This document shows, one piece after another, positions 50,487-63,639 of a stretch of 64,000 nt of DNA (the first letter of the stretch is position 1; each line of letters starts with the position of its first letter). The DNA lies in assembly GCA_951406725.2 (NCBI GenBank), contig OX597825.1:6820001-6884000 (forward strand), read 5' to 3'. The translations under genes were made by a program, and so were the position numbers. This DNA comes from Octopus vulgaris (lineage: Eukaryota). Below the pieces are notes generated by a model. It saw only the letters and a list, made by a program, of their open reading frames with translations, did no database searches and was not told where the DNA came from.

Positions 50487-51400
50487 GAGCCGGCAGAAAC
50501 GTTAGCACATTGGGCGAAATGCTTAGCGGTATTTTGTCTGCTACTACGTTCATCATCATCATCATTGTTTAACGTCTGCTTTCCATGCTAGAATGGGTTG
50601 GACGATTTGACTGAGGTCTGGAGAACCAGATGGTTGCACCTTCCTAACGGCAACCACTCTGAGAGTGTAGTGAGTGCTTTTACGTGCCACCGGCACGAGG
50701 GCCAGTCAGGTGGTACTGGCAATGGCCATGCTCAAATGGTGCTTTTTACATGCCACCTGCACAGGAGCCAGCCCAGCGGCACTGGCAACAACTTCGCTCG
50801 AATGTTTTTTTTTCATGTGCCACCAGCAGAAGTGCCAGTAAGGTGATGCAGGTAACAATCATGCTCGAATGGTGTTTTTAACATCCCATCGGCACGGAGG
50901 CCAGCTTGTTGCTCTGGCAACGATCTCACTCGTATGGTACTCTTAGTGCTCCACTAACACGGATGTCAGTCATCGAATTTGATTTTGCTTTCGATTTCAC
51001 TTGCCTCAACAGGTCTTCACAAGCACAAATTCTGCCGAGGTTGACTTTGCCTTTAATCCTATCAGGGTCAATTAAATAAGTACCTATTTCTTTACTATCC
51101 ACAAGGGCTAAACACAGAGGGGACAAACAAGGACAGACAAACGGATTAAGTCGATTACATCGACCCCAGTGCATAACTGGTACTTAATTTATCGACCCCA
51201 AGAAGGATGAAAGGCAAAGTCGACCTCGGAGGAATTTGAACTCAGAACGTAACGGCAGACAAAATACGGCTACGCATTTCACCCGGCGTGCTAACGTTTC
51301 TGCCAGCTCGCACTGGGGTCGATGTAATCGACTTAATCCCTTTATCTGTCCTTGTTTGTCTCCTCTATGCTTAGCCCTTGTGGGCAATAAAGAAATAAGA
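50487..51400. mobile_element. Family D SINE (+) interrupted by an RTE 3' UTR (-, 50551-51025) and an antisense family D SINE (-, 51085-51310)
   Basis: Host pieces 50487-50551, 51026-51084 and 51311-51400 join into one colinear family D copy. Confidence 0.8.
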
Positions 51401-51722
51401 AACTTACAAATAAAATATAAATAAAATACAAAGGCTGTCTTAAGAGTTTGAACTCATTTTCATCTCTTCAATAATTAATAATTAGTAATGGATTTCAAAG
51501 CAATTTAATTTCACAAGAAATTTAATAAGATATTCTTTAATGCTTTCATTAAAACAAAAGTGAAGAAAGATTTTTTTTTTCCTATTTTCCTATATATTGA
51601 AATCTTAACTTCAGAGAACATCTGATAAAGATAATATCTGATGATATCAATATTTCTCTTTTTAAAAATAATTTAATGAATTTGTTTTAATATGTTTTTT
51701 AGGCCAATTATTATCTTTTGTC

Positions 51723-52232
51723 TTGCACTTGTTTCAGTCATTAAACTGTGGTCATGCTGGGGCACTGTCTTGAAGAATTTTTAGTCGAATGAACTGACCC
51801 CAGGACTTATTTTTAAGCCTGGTACTTATTCTATTGGTGTCTTTTGCTGAACTGCTAAGTCATGGGGATGTAAACACACCAACACCAGTTGTCAAGTAGT
51901 GGTGAGCACAGAGAGGGGACAAACAAGGACAAACAATGGGATTAAGTCGATTACATCGACCCCAGTGCGTAACTGGTACTTGTTTAATCGACCCCGAAAG
52001 GATTAAAGGCAAAGTCGAATTTGGTGGAATTTGAACTCAAAATGTAACAGCAGACAGATATACACACACACACATGGCAGGCTTCTTTCAGTTTCTGTCT
52101 ACAAAATCTACTCACAAGACTTTGGTCAGCCTGAGGCTATAGTAGAAAATACTTGCCCAAGGTGCCACACAGTGAGACTGAACCTGGAACCATGTGGTTG
52201 GGAAGCAAGCTGCTTACCACACAGACACACCT
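51723..52232 (-). mobile_element. SINE A interrupted by a family D fragment (51908-52055)
   Basis: Family A tail and head are separated by family D sequence. Confidence 0.75.
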
Positions 52233-53303
52233 GAAATATCTTGAATATATGTGCTAACAAAATAAGCAAGTAGTTTAAGTTACGAATCAACAGATCATGT
52301 GATGTCTATTGAAATATCCGATTGAAATTCTATTGTGTGTCTTCATTTACTTTGCTTTGGACAGAGAAGAAGAAGAAGCAGAAGACTTTTCTGTGTAAAT
52401 GACTCAGTACCAAATTCTTCAGTGTTGCAGTAGATCAATGTCTACTTAACAGAACAATACATGAAGTCACAAACCATCTCTACAAGCATTCAGCCTCAAA
52501 TGAGCTAACAAAGCAGTCATTAAACCAGCGTTCTACAACGAAGGCCATCTGAAAATCTAGATGCTTCGAGAGGTTAGTTGAGGTTCCATGAGAAATAGTG
52601 GTAAATATGTTAATTATATGCAAATAGATTTTTGAATAATTTTAGTGTTCATTCTGTACTTGTAATTTTATTATAAATGCTTGACATATTTAAAATGCTG
52701 ACGTCCGAAGGTGGTAAGGAGACTTTCATTGGAAAATAACATTAATAAGAAATTGTATGGAAATTTGGTTTATTCAAGGCCTTCGTTAGACAGAATTTCT
52801 TGATTTTTTCTTAGTGCCTTCTATTAGATTTAGCTGTGCTAAAACTTTTTTTGATTTATTTTATCTCTTATGAAATTCAATGTGAAATAGAAAGAAAAAG
52901 ATTAACAGTGATGTATAAAAATGTTTTATACATATATTGTGGTTCCCTGAAACATGGAATATACTCCAAGAGTCCTACTAGAGTAAAAAGGGCAAATAAT
53001 GCTGTTCTAAATGTTCACCCAACATGTTAGAAATAACAGTAAAATTTACTCTCAGATCTAAAAAATGGAACACATTGATAAATGTACCCCAAGATACACT
53101 GACTACAAAAATTACATGATTGATGGCTGGGAGATTTGTGCATAGATTCCCCACCACTGTATCAAGAGTGATTTGGAAAATTAACGACAACATTCTTTTG
53201 TAATTGTAGAATAGTTTCCTGTTATAAATATCACCTGTGGAATGCTTAAAATTTATAATTAGTTCCAAGAATTTTTGAGAAAACAAAAAACAGACATATT
53301 CAA

Positions 53304-53941
53304 CCCTTTAGCATTCAGATTTCCCTTCCAAATGTAAAACTTATGAATTCACATTGTTTTGAATTAATCATGGATTATATTGTAGCCTTGAAATTTCAAT
53401 GATGTGATTGTATAGGCATAGGAGCGGCTGTATGGTAAGTAGCTTGTTTACCAATCACATGGTTCCGGGTTCAATCCCACTGTGTGGCACCTTGGGCAAG
53501 TGTCTTCTACTATAGCCTCAGGCCGGCCAAAGCCTTGTGAGTGGATTTGGTAGACGGAAATTGAAAGAAGGCTGTCGTATATATGTATATATATATATGT
53601 ATATGTGTGTGTATATGTTTGTGTGTCTGTGTTTGTCCCCCCCAACATCACTTGACAGCCAATGCTGGTGTGTTTACATCCCCGTAACTTAGTGGTTTGG
53701 CAAAATAGACAGATAAAATAAGTACTGGGCTTACAAAGAATAAGTCCTGGGGTCGATTTGCGTGACTAAAGGCAGTGCTCCAGCATGGCCACAATCACAT
53801 GACTGAAATAAGTAAAAGAGTAAGAGAGTATATTTTCAGAATGACATTGAAGGGTAGGTATGAGAGCCCAGATCTGACTGGCTTGAATTTAAAATAGGTA
53901 GAATACTCAGGCCTGACATGGCCTCTTTAAATGCTAAAGGG
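53304..53941. mobile_element. piggyBac-like MITE containing a SINE A insertion
   Basis: TIRs CCCTTTAGCATT / AATGCTAAAGGG, flanked by TCAA / TTAA. Ends about 36 bp from the exon donor site. Confidence 0.75.
53415..53830 (+). mobile_element. SINE family A, full length
   Basis: Reverse complement of 335-732 and 1271-1696. Confidence 0.85.
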
Positions 53942-53977
53942 TTAAACAGCATAATATAAGAGTGATTTGTGACTTAC

Positions 53978-54102
53978 TGTTTTGGTTCCTAGATTTGAAA
54001 TGGCACACTGTAAAACTGCTTGTTCCCCAGTATTTACTGTAACATTCTGAGGCCTTGGTAAAAATAGTGGTGCTCCAAGCTTGTTAGTTTTGGGGTCGAA
54101 AG
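53978..54102 (-). CDS. Internal coding exon of an immunoglobulin-superfamily cell-surface protein, Dpr/ZIG-8-like (first half of Ig1)
   Basis: Acceptor tttttatgtccctttcag, donor ACA|gtaagt; 125 nt, phase 1 to phase 0. Encodes FDPKTNKLGAPLFLPRPQNVTVNTGEQAVLQCAISNLGTKT, matching the P.F....NVT...G..A.L.C.V.NLG.KT|V.W pattern of Dpr/ZIG-8 proteins. Confidence 0.85.
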
Positions 54103-54215
54103 CTGAAAGGGACATAAAAAACAAATTGTGATAAAAGATCATGGAAAATAAGAAGTAAAAAATTTATAAATCAATTACACAATTAGACATATTATGTAGA
54201 TGTGTATGTCGAATG

Positions 54216-54275
<60 letters not shown>

Positions 54276-54346
54276 TATAAATGTTCCCAAAGGACAGCAG
54301 TGGTCTTCCTCGGTCACAAGTGGTCGGCCATCATGTATGTATGTAC

Positions 54347-54377
<31 letters not shown>

Positions 54378-54387
54378 TGTATGTATG

Positions 54388-54430
<43 letters not shown>

Positions 54431-55239
54431 GCATGTATGTATATCTGATGTTTGTGTACATGTGTACAACACATAACTAGTGTTTTAGAGTTCTACATAT
54501 TCCTTTATATTACAGAAAAGAAAACCAATGAAGAGAATATGTTTTTGTCAGTCAAAATTTCTTAGCATTGGTTTAAAAGGTTACAAAAACAACAGAGTTT
54601 AAAACGCAAAACACACGACCGGAAAGCTGGTTCAGAAATTCCTCATTTGCACCATCTTTACACATGTTTCAGTGAAGATTGCAAAGCTGAATCATGTAGC
54701 CTGACCTGACACAATTATTACATCTTCGCATCCTCAAAATAACATACACACAAACACATACACATATACACATATACTTTACTGTGTGAATGTTCCTTTG
54801 TACATGTAATATTTCACCATTTCCAAATAACTTGTATATCTTAATGTCGTGATCTACAGATTTGTAGGATGATATCAGACTATTTGATATTACAAAAAGA
54901 TATTAAAACATTTATAAGACTTGATGGGATTGTCTTGAGTTAGAAATATAAGTTGGATAATTAATTTCTAAACTGCTTAAATCATTTTTCTTCAAGATAT
55001 TGCGAAATGTGTAAAACTTGTGAAGCATTAGCAACAAGAACATGTCAAGGAACGAGTAATAAGACAAAAATAGTAAAACTCTGTTGAGATTAATCAATAT
55101 CATCTGTAGAAAATCAATGAAGGTCATTCTTCAGGAGACATTTCTGCAGGTTTGGTAGCTTTTCATCTTTATGATAATTCCCTCATCACTGTTATCTAAC
55201 TATCTCTCTATCTACACACACACAAATATGTTACATATA

Positions 55240-55246
55240 TACATAC

Positions 55247-55294
<48 letters not shown>

Positions 55295-55400
55295 GATTAG
55301 ACACGTATATGTATGTATATATATATATATATACATATATATTTAGATGTACATGTACATACATATATATATATATACATATATATATATACATGTGTAT

Positions 55401-55437
<37 letters not shown>

Positions 55438-55440
55438 TAC

Positions 55441-55479
<39 letters not shown>

Positions 55480-55489
55480 CTTGTGTATG

Positions 55490-55527
<38 letters not shown>

Positions 55528-55667
55528 TGAGTATGTGTGTATATATGTATATATATATATACGTACATGTTTATATATACATATCCATATATATACATAC
55601 ATGTGTATGTGTATATATATATGTGTGTGTGTCCGTATATATATCTATATATCTATATATGTGAATG

Positions 55668-55729
<62 letters not shown>

Positions 55730-55735
55730 TATGTA
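55240..55735. repeat. (TA)n-rich compound microsatellite
   Basis: Directly visible. Confidence 0.95.
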
Positions 55736-56359
55736 TAGGCGTCTATCTGATATGACAGCTTGGTTATTGTCTGACTTTCTCTGTCTGGTTGAATCTAAAC
55801 TAACTGGCTTTAAGCTGAACTTATTAAATCATTGAAGTCCAGTGTAGTTCTATATTCTATATTTTTATTCTTCAACTATTAATGTAGAAACAACAATAAT
55901 AACAACAAAAACTCATTTTTTTTTTAATGTTCTTCTCTTTGATGTTTGCATATTAGATGTATGCATAGCAGACTGTTGATATTCCCATAACCACACAAAG
56001 ATTTTAAGATACAGACACGCACATCTACATACGCAAAAAAACACGCACACATACAAATATAAACAAGCACACACATGAACATATACATACGCAGAATCTT
56101 CGATGCATTTTATGAAAAAATATTGAACTCATTAGTCTTAAGAAAATAATGATCAATTTTTATGTTTTTTTTAATTATATTTTTACATTTGCTCAAAGAA
56201 ACTCTAAAGGCATGAAAGTGATAGTTAAGGAATACTAAGAAAGAATATTAAGAAATATTAGTAGATATAAAGCATAGGTGGCTCAATGGTTAAAAGGTTT
56301 GCCTTTAAATGCTGGGTTCCTTGGTTTAATCTGTGTATATTGTAAACGAGGTAAATATA

Positions 56360-56590
56360 TATTTCTTTAATGCCCACAAGAAGCTAAACATAGAAGGGAC
56401 AAACAAGGACAGACAAAGGGATTAAGTCGATTACATCGACCCCAGTGCGAAACTGGTACTTTATTTATCGACCCCGAAAGGATGAAAGGCAAAGTCGACC
56501 TCGGCAGAATTTGAACTCAGAACGTAACGACAGATGAAATACCGCTAAGCATTTCGCCCGCCGTGCTAATGACTCTGCCAGCTCACTGCC
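56360..56590 (-). mobile_element. Family D SINE (tail type 1), full length, with 18-bp TSD
   Basis: TAAACGAGGTAAATATAT at about 56343-56360 and 56591-56608. Confidence 0.9.
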
Positions 56591-56831
56591 TAAACGAGGT
56601 AAATATATTTTACTGTGACATTAGTTAGACTCAAGCTTTGGGAGAAAAACTGAGTCAATGGAAACTGTGCTGAAGCCCTCCAAATGCACTGTACCTGTAT
56701 TTCATGGTCGCAGTCTGTTTCAGGCCGATTCTGACGGAGAATTATCATAAGGGTACAAGAGTCAATAGGATGTTCAGTCACTGACATTCTAAAGGGTCAA
56801 CAGTCCAAATTGTTGAGCAACTGGAATGTGC

Positions 56832-57110
56832 TTTAAAGTCCGCTTTCCATGCTAGCATGGGTTGGACGATTTTGACTGAGGGCTGGCAAACCAGATGGCC
56901 GCACCAGGCTCCAATCTTGATCTGGCAGAGTTTCTACAGCTGGATACCCTTCCTAACGCCAACCACTCCAAGAGTGTAGTGGGTGCTTTTTACGTGCCAC
57001 CGGCACGTGGGCCTGTCAGGCGGTACTGGCAATGACCTCACTCGAATCTTTTTACATGTGCCACCGGCACAAGTGCCAGTGAAGCGACGTTGGTAAAGAT
57101 CACGCTCGAA
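56832..57110 (-). mobile_element. RTE 3' UTR (family B)
   Basis: Highly similar to 38557-38825. Confidence 0.8.
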
Positions 57111-57525
57111 TAGTGGAAACTAATATTAGCAAATGGAGGAATAAATTCAATTGATAATAGTTTCTTTAATGCAATCCTTTGACAGTCTTTCAAGAATTAA
57201 TTATAATCATAATGGCTTCATAGATAGGCCAAAGATAGATGAATCAATTTAAACGACCCCATTATTTGACAGGTGGTCCTATATTTAATCGACCAAGGAA
57301 GGCAGAAAGGCAAAGACGATCTGGGCAGGATCAGAATTCGAAATGTGCAGAGGTATACAAAATACGGCTGTTTGTTTGGTCGGCAAACAATTCTGAAAAC
57401 GAAACACAGTAGAGGTGTTTGTATTGCTATATGTAAATAATAGCCACAGACATGGATTGTGCCTCAATGAACAAAAGCTTCCATGTATAGGCACACATAC
57501 AGACATACATATTTTCACACATACA

Positions 57526-57561
<36 letters not shown>

Positions 57562-57618
57562 GGGAGAGTTTATGAAAAAAACAAAAGACGAAGACAGGTG
57601 GTGTATACATATATGTGC

Positions 57619-57659
<41 letters not shown>

Positions 57660-57668
57660 TATACATAT

Positions 57669-57699
<31 letters not shown>

Positions 57700-58177
57700 A
57701 TCACACTTTTGTGTATATGCATATATGTGCACAAACATACATATACATGCATATATATATATATTTAAATATTTTGCACACACACGCACACACATGCACA
57801 TGCACACATACACATGTACACATACACATGCACACATATGTGTGAAAACAATTTTGGAGGGGATAACTAAAAAACATCAATTTAAGAGATGGTGATGAAT
57901 TTGGCATAAATGCGAGAATGGTTAGCGGCCACTTGGGTTGACTTTGCTTTTAAATCTCCTGGGATTGATAAAATAACAACCAATTATATGGAAGCAAGCA
58001 TCCATTCTGCATTCCCTGCACTGCAAAAATTGTTTTTCTGCCAAATCAAAAGAAATTACTCTTTGTCAAATAAAATTAGTTCTGATAAAATTTCATGTAC
58101 TTCTACTTCAGCAAATAAATTTGTTATTTCTCTTCCCAAAATAAATAGATTCATATACATACCTATATATATGCACG

Positions 58178-58219
<42 letters not shown>

Positions 58220-58246
58220 AATACATATATATATGTGTATACCTAC

Positions 58247-58285
<39 letters not shown>

Positions 58286-58313
58286 AATATACACAATTTA
58301 TATATGCATACAT

Positions 58314-58344
<31 letters not shown>

Positions 58345-58394
58345 CATACACACACACACACACACATGCATATATATATGTATCTAATGATTGA

Positions 58395-58528
58395 TGTTTA
58401 ACGTCCGCTTTCCATGCTGGCATGGGTTGGACGGTTTAACTGAGGGCTGGCAAGCCAGAAGGCTGTACCTGGCTCCAACCTGATCTGGCAAAGTTTCTAG
58501 AGGTGTAGTGGTTGCTTTTTATGTGCCA

Positions 58529-58610
<82 letters not shown>

Positions 58611-58973
58611 GCGTGTGTGTGTATATATACATATAGCAGACCTGCTGTGCTTGGGGAAACCTATTGAGTCAAGTACATCAACATCAAAATAAAAATCAAA
58701 TGGAAATTGTTGTTGTGATATCTGTGCCGGTGGCATGTAAAAAGTACCATCTGAACATGGCCGATACCAGCGCTGTCTTGACTGGCGATGTGAGGTGGCA
58801 CATAAAAAGCACTAATCGATCATGCCTTTTGCCAGGCACCCCTGGCACCTGTGCCGGTGGCACGTAAAAAGCACACACTCACAGAATGGTTGGCATTAGG
58901 AAGGGCATCCAGATATAGAAAGAGAGCCAGATCAGACTGGAGCCTGGCGCAGCCTCCTGGCTTCCCAGACCCC
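58395..58973. mobile_element. Two family B fragments in opposite orientation separated by (TA)n
   Basis: 58395-58530 (-) and 58640-58973 (+). Confidence 0.75.
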
Positions 58974-59269
58974 ATATGTTAGATGGGGGTTAAGGTATAA
59001 GGGAAGACGCTGGAGTAGAGGATGGTTATTGTTGTGTAGGAGCAACATGACAATTGACATTTAAGAAAAAGAATGAGAATGAATGTGTGCATGTATATAT
59101 GTACGTATATAAATATACATGTGTAAACATATACATATATGTATTCATATATATATATAGACATAGACAAATTGACATATAGATGCATATATATGTATAC
59201 ATATATATATGTATGTGTATGTGAGTGTGTGTGTGTGTGCAATTCAAATATAATTCAAATTTACAGAAC

Positions 59270-59390
59270 ATAAAAGGCGAAGACAGATGCAGGAACAACA
59301 AGCAGGTGTATTAGTTGAATGCTTGGGAAGAATGGAAAAGTCTTTGACATTTTGATCCTACACTCTTCAAGAGAAAGGACTGAGAGGAAA
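59270..59390 (-). mobile_element. Decayed Penelope-like terminal fragment
   Basis: AAAAGGCGAAGACAG motif also at about 40733 and 57583. Minus strand CTTT-CTCTTGA-AGAG..GATC-AAAATGTC-AAAG has hammerhead-like spacing but a mutated core. Confidence 0.35.
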
Positions 59391-59466
59391 AAATGGAGGA
59401 AGAACAAGAAATGGAGAGAGAACGAAAAGAAAATGGAGAGAGAACAAATGTGTAGGTATTAACGGC

Positions 59467-59497
<31 letters not shown>

Positions 59498-59527
59498 CAT
59501 ACATACATACATACATACATACATACA

Positions 59528-59559
<32 letters not shown>

Positions 59560-60478
59560 CACATATATACATCAATACATATAGACATATATACATGTAT
59601 AAATACACATATTAATACATACACATATACATACATATACGCATACATACACATATACATACATGGTTAGATATTTATCTCTCCACCCTGAAGACGAAGA
59701 ACAAGTCTACCCAGTGTTTATAAGCTTCCATTTCTGGTTGCGTATTTTTGTGAGCTACATCTGCCAACATTACAAAGTAATCTCAACCCTCCAGAAACAG
59801 CTGTCGGACCTGTAACACCGTGTTTTATCTCCTCAATGTTGTGTGTCATTGTACTCTGTATAAGTTTGCTCTTGTTATATATAAATGTCTATGTATTTAT
59901 ACATGAATATTTATCATCTGAAGATGTTCAGTCTTTGCATTCTGTCAGCATACATGTATACATGTATGTATATTTTGTACATCAAGCCAAGCAGTTTTAT
60001 TTGTTTATTTGCATCATTATCTCTATACATTCATAGACACATACATTCATACATTCATACATATATATACATATATGCATTCATACATTTATATATACAT
60101 ATATATGTACATACATTTGTATACACACATATATAAGTATACATACATACATACATACATACATTCATATATATATATGTGTGTGTGTGTGTGTATATAT
60201 ATATGTATATGTGTGTGTGTATATATATATATATGTATATACATACATACATACATACACACACACATTTGTTTGTATGTGTGCACTTAAATATGTATGT
60301 ATATATGTATGAGCATTTTTTATATATATTTGTACTATTCTTTGTCTTATCTCTTTAAATATGATTGTTTTTTGGCTGTTTTCTTTTTCCTTAATAGAAA
60401 TGGAAACAAATTTATCTTCAAAATTTATTTTAAATTACATTCTTTTTCAAGAAATATCTAAATATTTTTTCATGTGAC

Positions 60479-60521
<43 letters not shown>

Positions 60522-61070
60522 TACGAAATAACATTGTCATTCAACTTTATTATTAGTGAAAGTTAACAAAACAACAACAACAAGAAAAAAAAAGCTGATT
60601 TTGAAGAACATCAAGTTGTCAATAGCAAATCATACATTTTTGGCTGAATCTTTTCTTGTGTTCTTCCAAGTCACAAACATAGACACAAAAATATACGAAA
60701 CCAATATAAAATGAATATTGATTTCTTCCGACTAATTCCAAAGAGATAGGTATAGATAAGTGACTCTAGAGGAATGAAAAGCTAAATCAGTTTGACTATT
60801 AGCAGTGAAATGAGAACTTTTAGCATTGAAGAACCAAAGTAATTAAAGGAAATAATTGCTAGAGTACCAATAATTATGGCAAAGCATTCATCTGAGTATT
60901 ATTTAGCTCAGTATTATGTGCAGTAAATATTGTCTGTGTGTGTAGGTAACTAAATCTATACACAGTTAAGTGAAGTACAGATTACTGAGACAATTAACCT
61001 CCTTTTATTTGGTCTTGGTCCCAGATTTGCAGTTTAATAAATATATATTTCTCTCTCCTTTTAAGAAACT

Positions 61071-61790
61071 TTAACCCTTTCATTACCAACTCAGCTGAAA
61101 CCAGCTCTGGCTCTAAGTACAAATGTCCTGTTTTCATATGTTTTGAATTAAAATCTTCCACCAAACCTTAGTCACGATTTATGTTCCTAACACTAGCTGA
61201 ATGGTAACTAAGTTATTTTACTAAATTTTTTGTTATATTTAAAGTAATTGAAAGAAACACAGAGCATCTCAACAGAAATAGGATAATAAAAGGGTTAAAG
61301 TCACCATGCTATTTTTAACCCTTTGATGCCAACATGGCTGAAACCACCTCTGGCTCTGTAATACAAATGTCTTGCTTTCAAAAGTTCTTAATTAAAATCT
61401 TCCACCAAACCTTAGTCACAATTTATGTTCCTAACACTAGTTGAATGATAACTAAGTTATTTTACTAAATTCTTTGTTATATTTAAAATAATCTATATGC
61501 TCTATATGCTAGAAATAATAGCCTAAATTTCCTTCAGTCCACACCTTTCCAACAGCTCCTAATGTGCATCAGCCCAAATGTAGAGGTGTGTTTAACCCTT
61601 TCATTACCAACCTGGCTGAAACTGGCTCTGTATTACAAATCTCTTATTTTCAAAAGTTCTGAATTAAAATCTTCCACCAAACCTTAGTCACAATTTATGT
61701 TCCTAACACTAGCTGAATGATAACTAAGTTATTTTACTAAATTCTTTGTTATATTTAAAGTAATTGAAAGAAACACAGAGCATCTCAAAT
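61071..61790. mobile_element. Cluster of three piggyBac-like MITE copies
   Basis: Complete TTAA-CCCTTT...AAAGGG-TTAA copy at 61071-61298; right-truncated copies at 61315-61490 and 61592-61790, all in the same orientation. Confidence 0.85.
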
Positions 61791-62129
61791 TAATATTGTT
61801 GAATGTATGTAGTAAAAGAGAATGAGGGATTCTCCCATTAAAGACGAATGACATGCACAAATGATTTCTTCATAGTGGTCAAATGTAAGTGCAGTAAATT
61901 GGCTCACTTCCTCCATCAAATTGACATTACCTGAACAGGTGCTCAAATGTACCACACGTCTGGTGTTGAAGTGATCAATATAAGATGAAATGTTTTGCTA
62001 AAGAACACAGTACACCGTCTGGTCTAGGAATTGAAACCACGATCTCACATGCAACACCCTAACCACTTGGCTGTGCACTCTTGATAGTAAAACAGAATAT
62101 ATAGAACATGTATAGAAAAAGGTGTGAAG

Positions 62130-62452
62130 TCACGTGGCTTAGTGGTTTGAGTAATCAGTTCATGGCTGTAAGGCCATGAGTTCGATTCCCAGCGATGCAT
62201 TGCGTCCTTGAGCAAGACACTTTATTCCACGTTGCTCCAGTCCACTCAGCTGGCAAAAATGTGTAGTACTTGTATTTCGAAGGCCCAGCCCTGTCACACC
62301 CTCCTGTGTCACACCGAATCTCCCTGAGAACTACATTAAGGGTACATGTATCTGTGGAATGCTCAGCCACTTGCACGTTAATTTCCCAAGCAAGCTGTTC
62401 CATTGATCCAGTCAACTGAAACTCTCACCATCATTGTAACCGATGGAGTGAC
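62130..62452 (+). mobile_element. tRNA-derived CORE-like SINE family E, full length
   Basis: TGGCTTAGTGG A box, GAGTTCGATTCCC B box, GTCCTTGAGCAAGACACTTT core, tail ...GTAACCGATGGAGTG. Confidence 0.8.
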
Positions 62453-63402
62453 CGTTTAGTTTTGTAAAATGGTTAAAAAATTGGTGCCATACTTTAAAAG
62501 TACATATCATGCATTGACACCAATTAAAAAACTATGAATATATGCTGGAATAACACATCTTAGTGTGATTGGAATCTATACCAATTTAAAAATAATGGCA
62601 ATAGAAGCAATAAGGTTAATAGTGTTGCAATTTCATACCAGTCTAGCAATAACTCAACGTAAAAGTACAGCAATGTAATAAAAGAACTAAATTTTGTTAA
62701 GGATATTAAGTATATAAATTATGCCATCATCCATCTTAAATATATTTTGAAATAAAACTAACCACGCTTTGCTTCTCATTTTTAAGTACCATCTTTGTAT
62801 ATAGTTCTACCGTGAATGCTTACATATAAGCATAGTTTTAGCAGCAGACAGAACTCTTGAATTATCAATAATAATGATTCCTTGCCTAGGTATGGGGCCT
62901 TAGATATAACAAGGAAGGAAAAAGGAGATGTAGGAACACATCTTTTTCTCCACAGCATTATTTATGTAAGATGAAATTAAATAGTTCCAGATGGAACTGG
63001 AAACTTAGTTACAGACAAAGTTCACCAGGAGATTAGAATATGAATTAACGGCTAATATATATACAATAAAACAATTCCTGTTTGAGAATACTTTTAAGTA
63101 AATAGAAGAACGGCTTTCTTTGTCTGATCATAATAATTCAAAGTTGGTATTTCTATGAAATGGAAATCTTACAGTTACATGTTAAAGGCATAGATATTGA
63201 AATTTAAATCATTATGGTGACTGAAAAGTGTATTAAGATATACACAATTCCTTCCTGTACGCACGCACACACACACAGAGAGGCTGTCATATCACGTACT
63301 CATACCATGAACTCTCACCTTTATCCACATAAGACTATACTCAATCTAATCAACCACAGAATAATCTCTATTCTAATTCTAAACCAGATATCACCAATTT
63401 AT

Positions 63403-63638
63403 AATGATAATAATGATGATGATGATGATGATGATGATGATAAGGAGGAGGAGAAGGAGAAGAAGAAGAAGAAGAAGAAGAAGAAGAAGAAGAAGAAGAA
63501 GAAGAAGAAGAACAAGATGAAGAACAAGAAGAACAAGAAGAAGAAGAAGAAGAAGAAGAAGAAGAAGAAGAAGAAGAAGAAGAAGAAGAAGAAGAAGAAG
63601 AAGAAGAAGAAGAAGAAGAAGAAGAAGAAGAAGAAGAA
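63403..63638. repeat. (GAT)n-(GAG)n-(AAG)n microsatellite
   Basis: Directly visible. Confidence 0.95.
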
Positions 63639-63639
63639 T

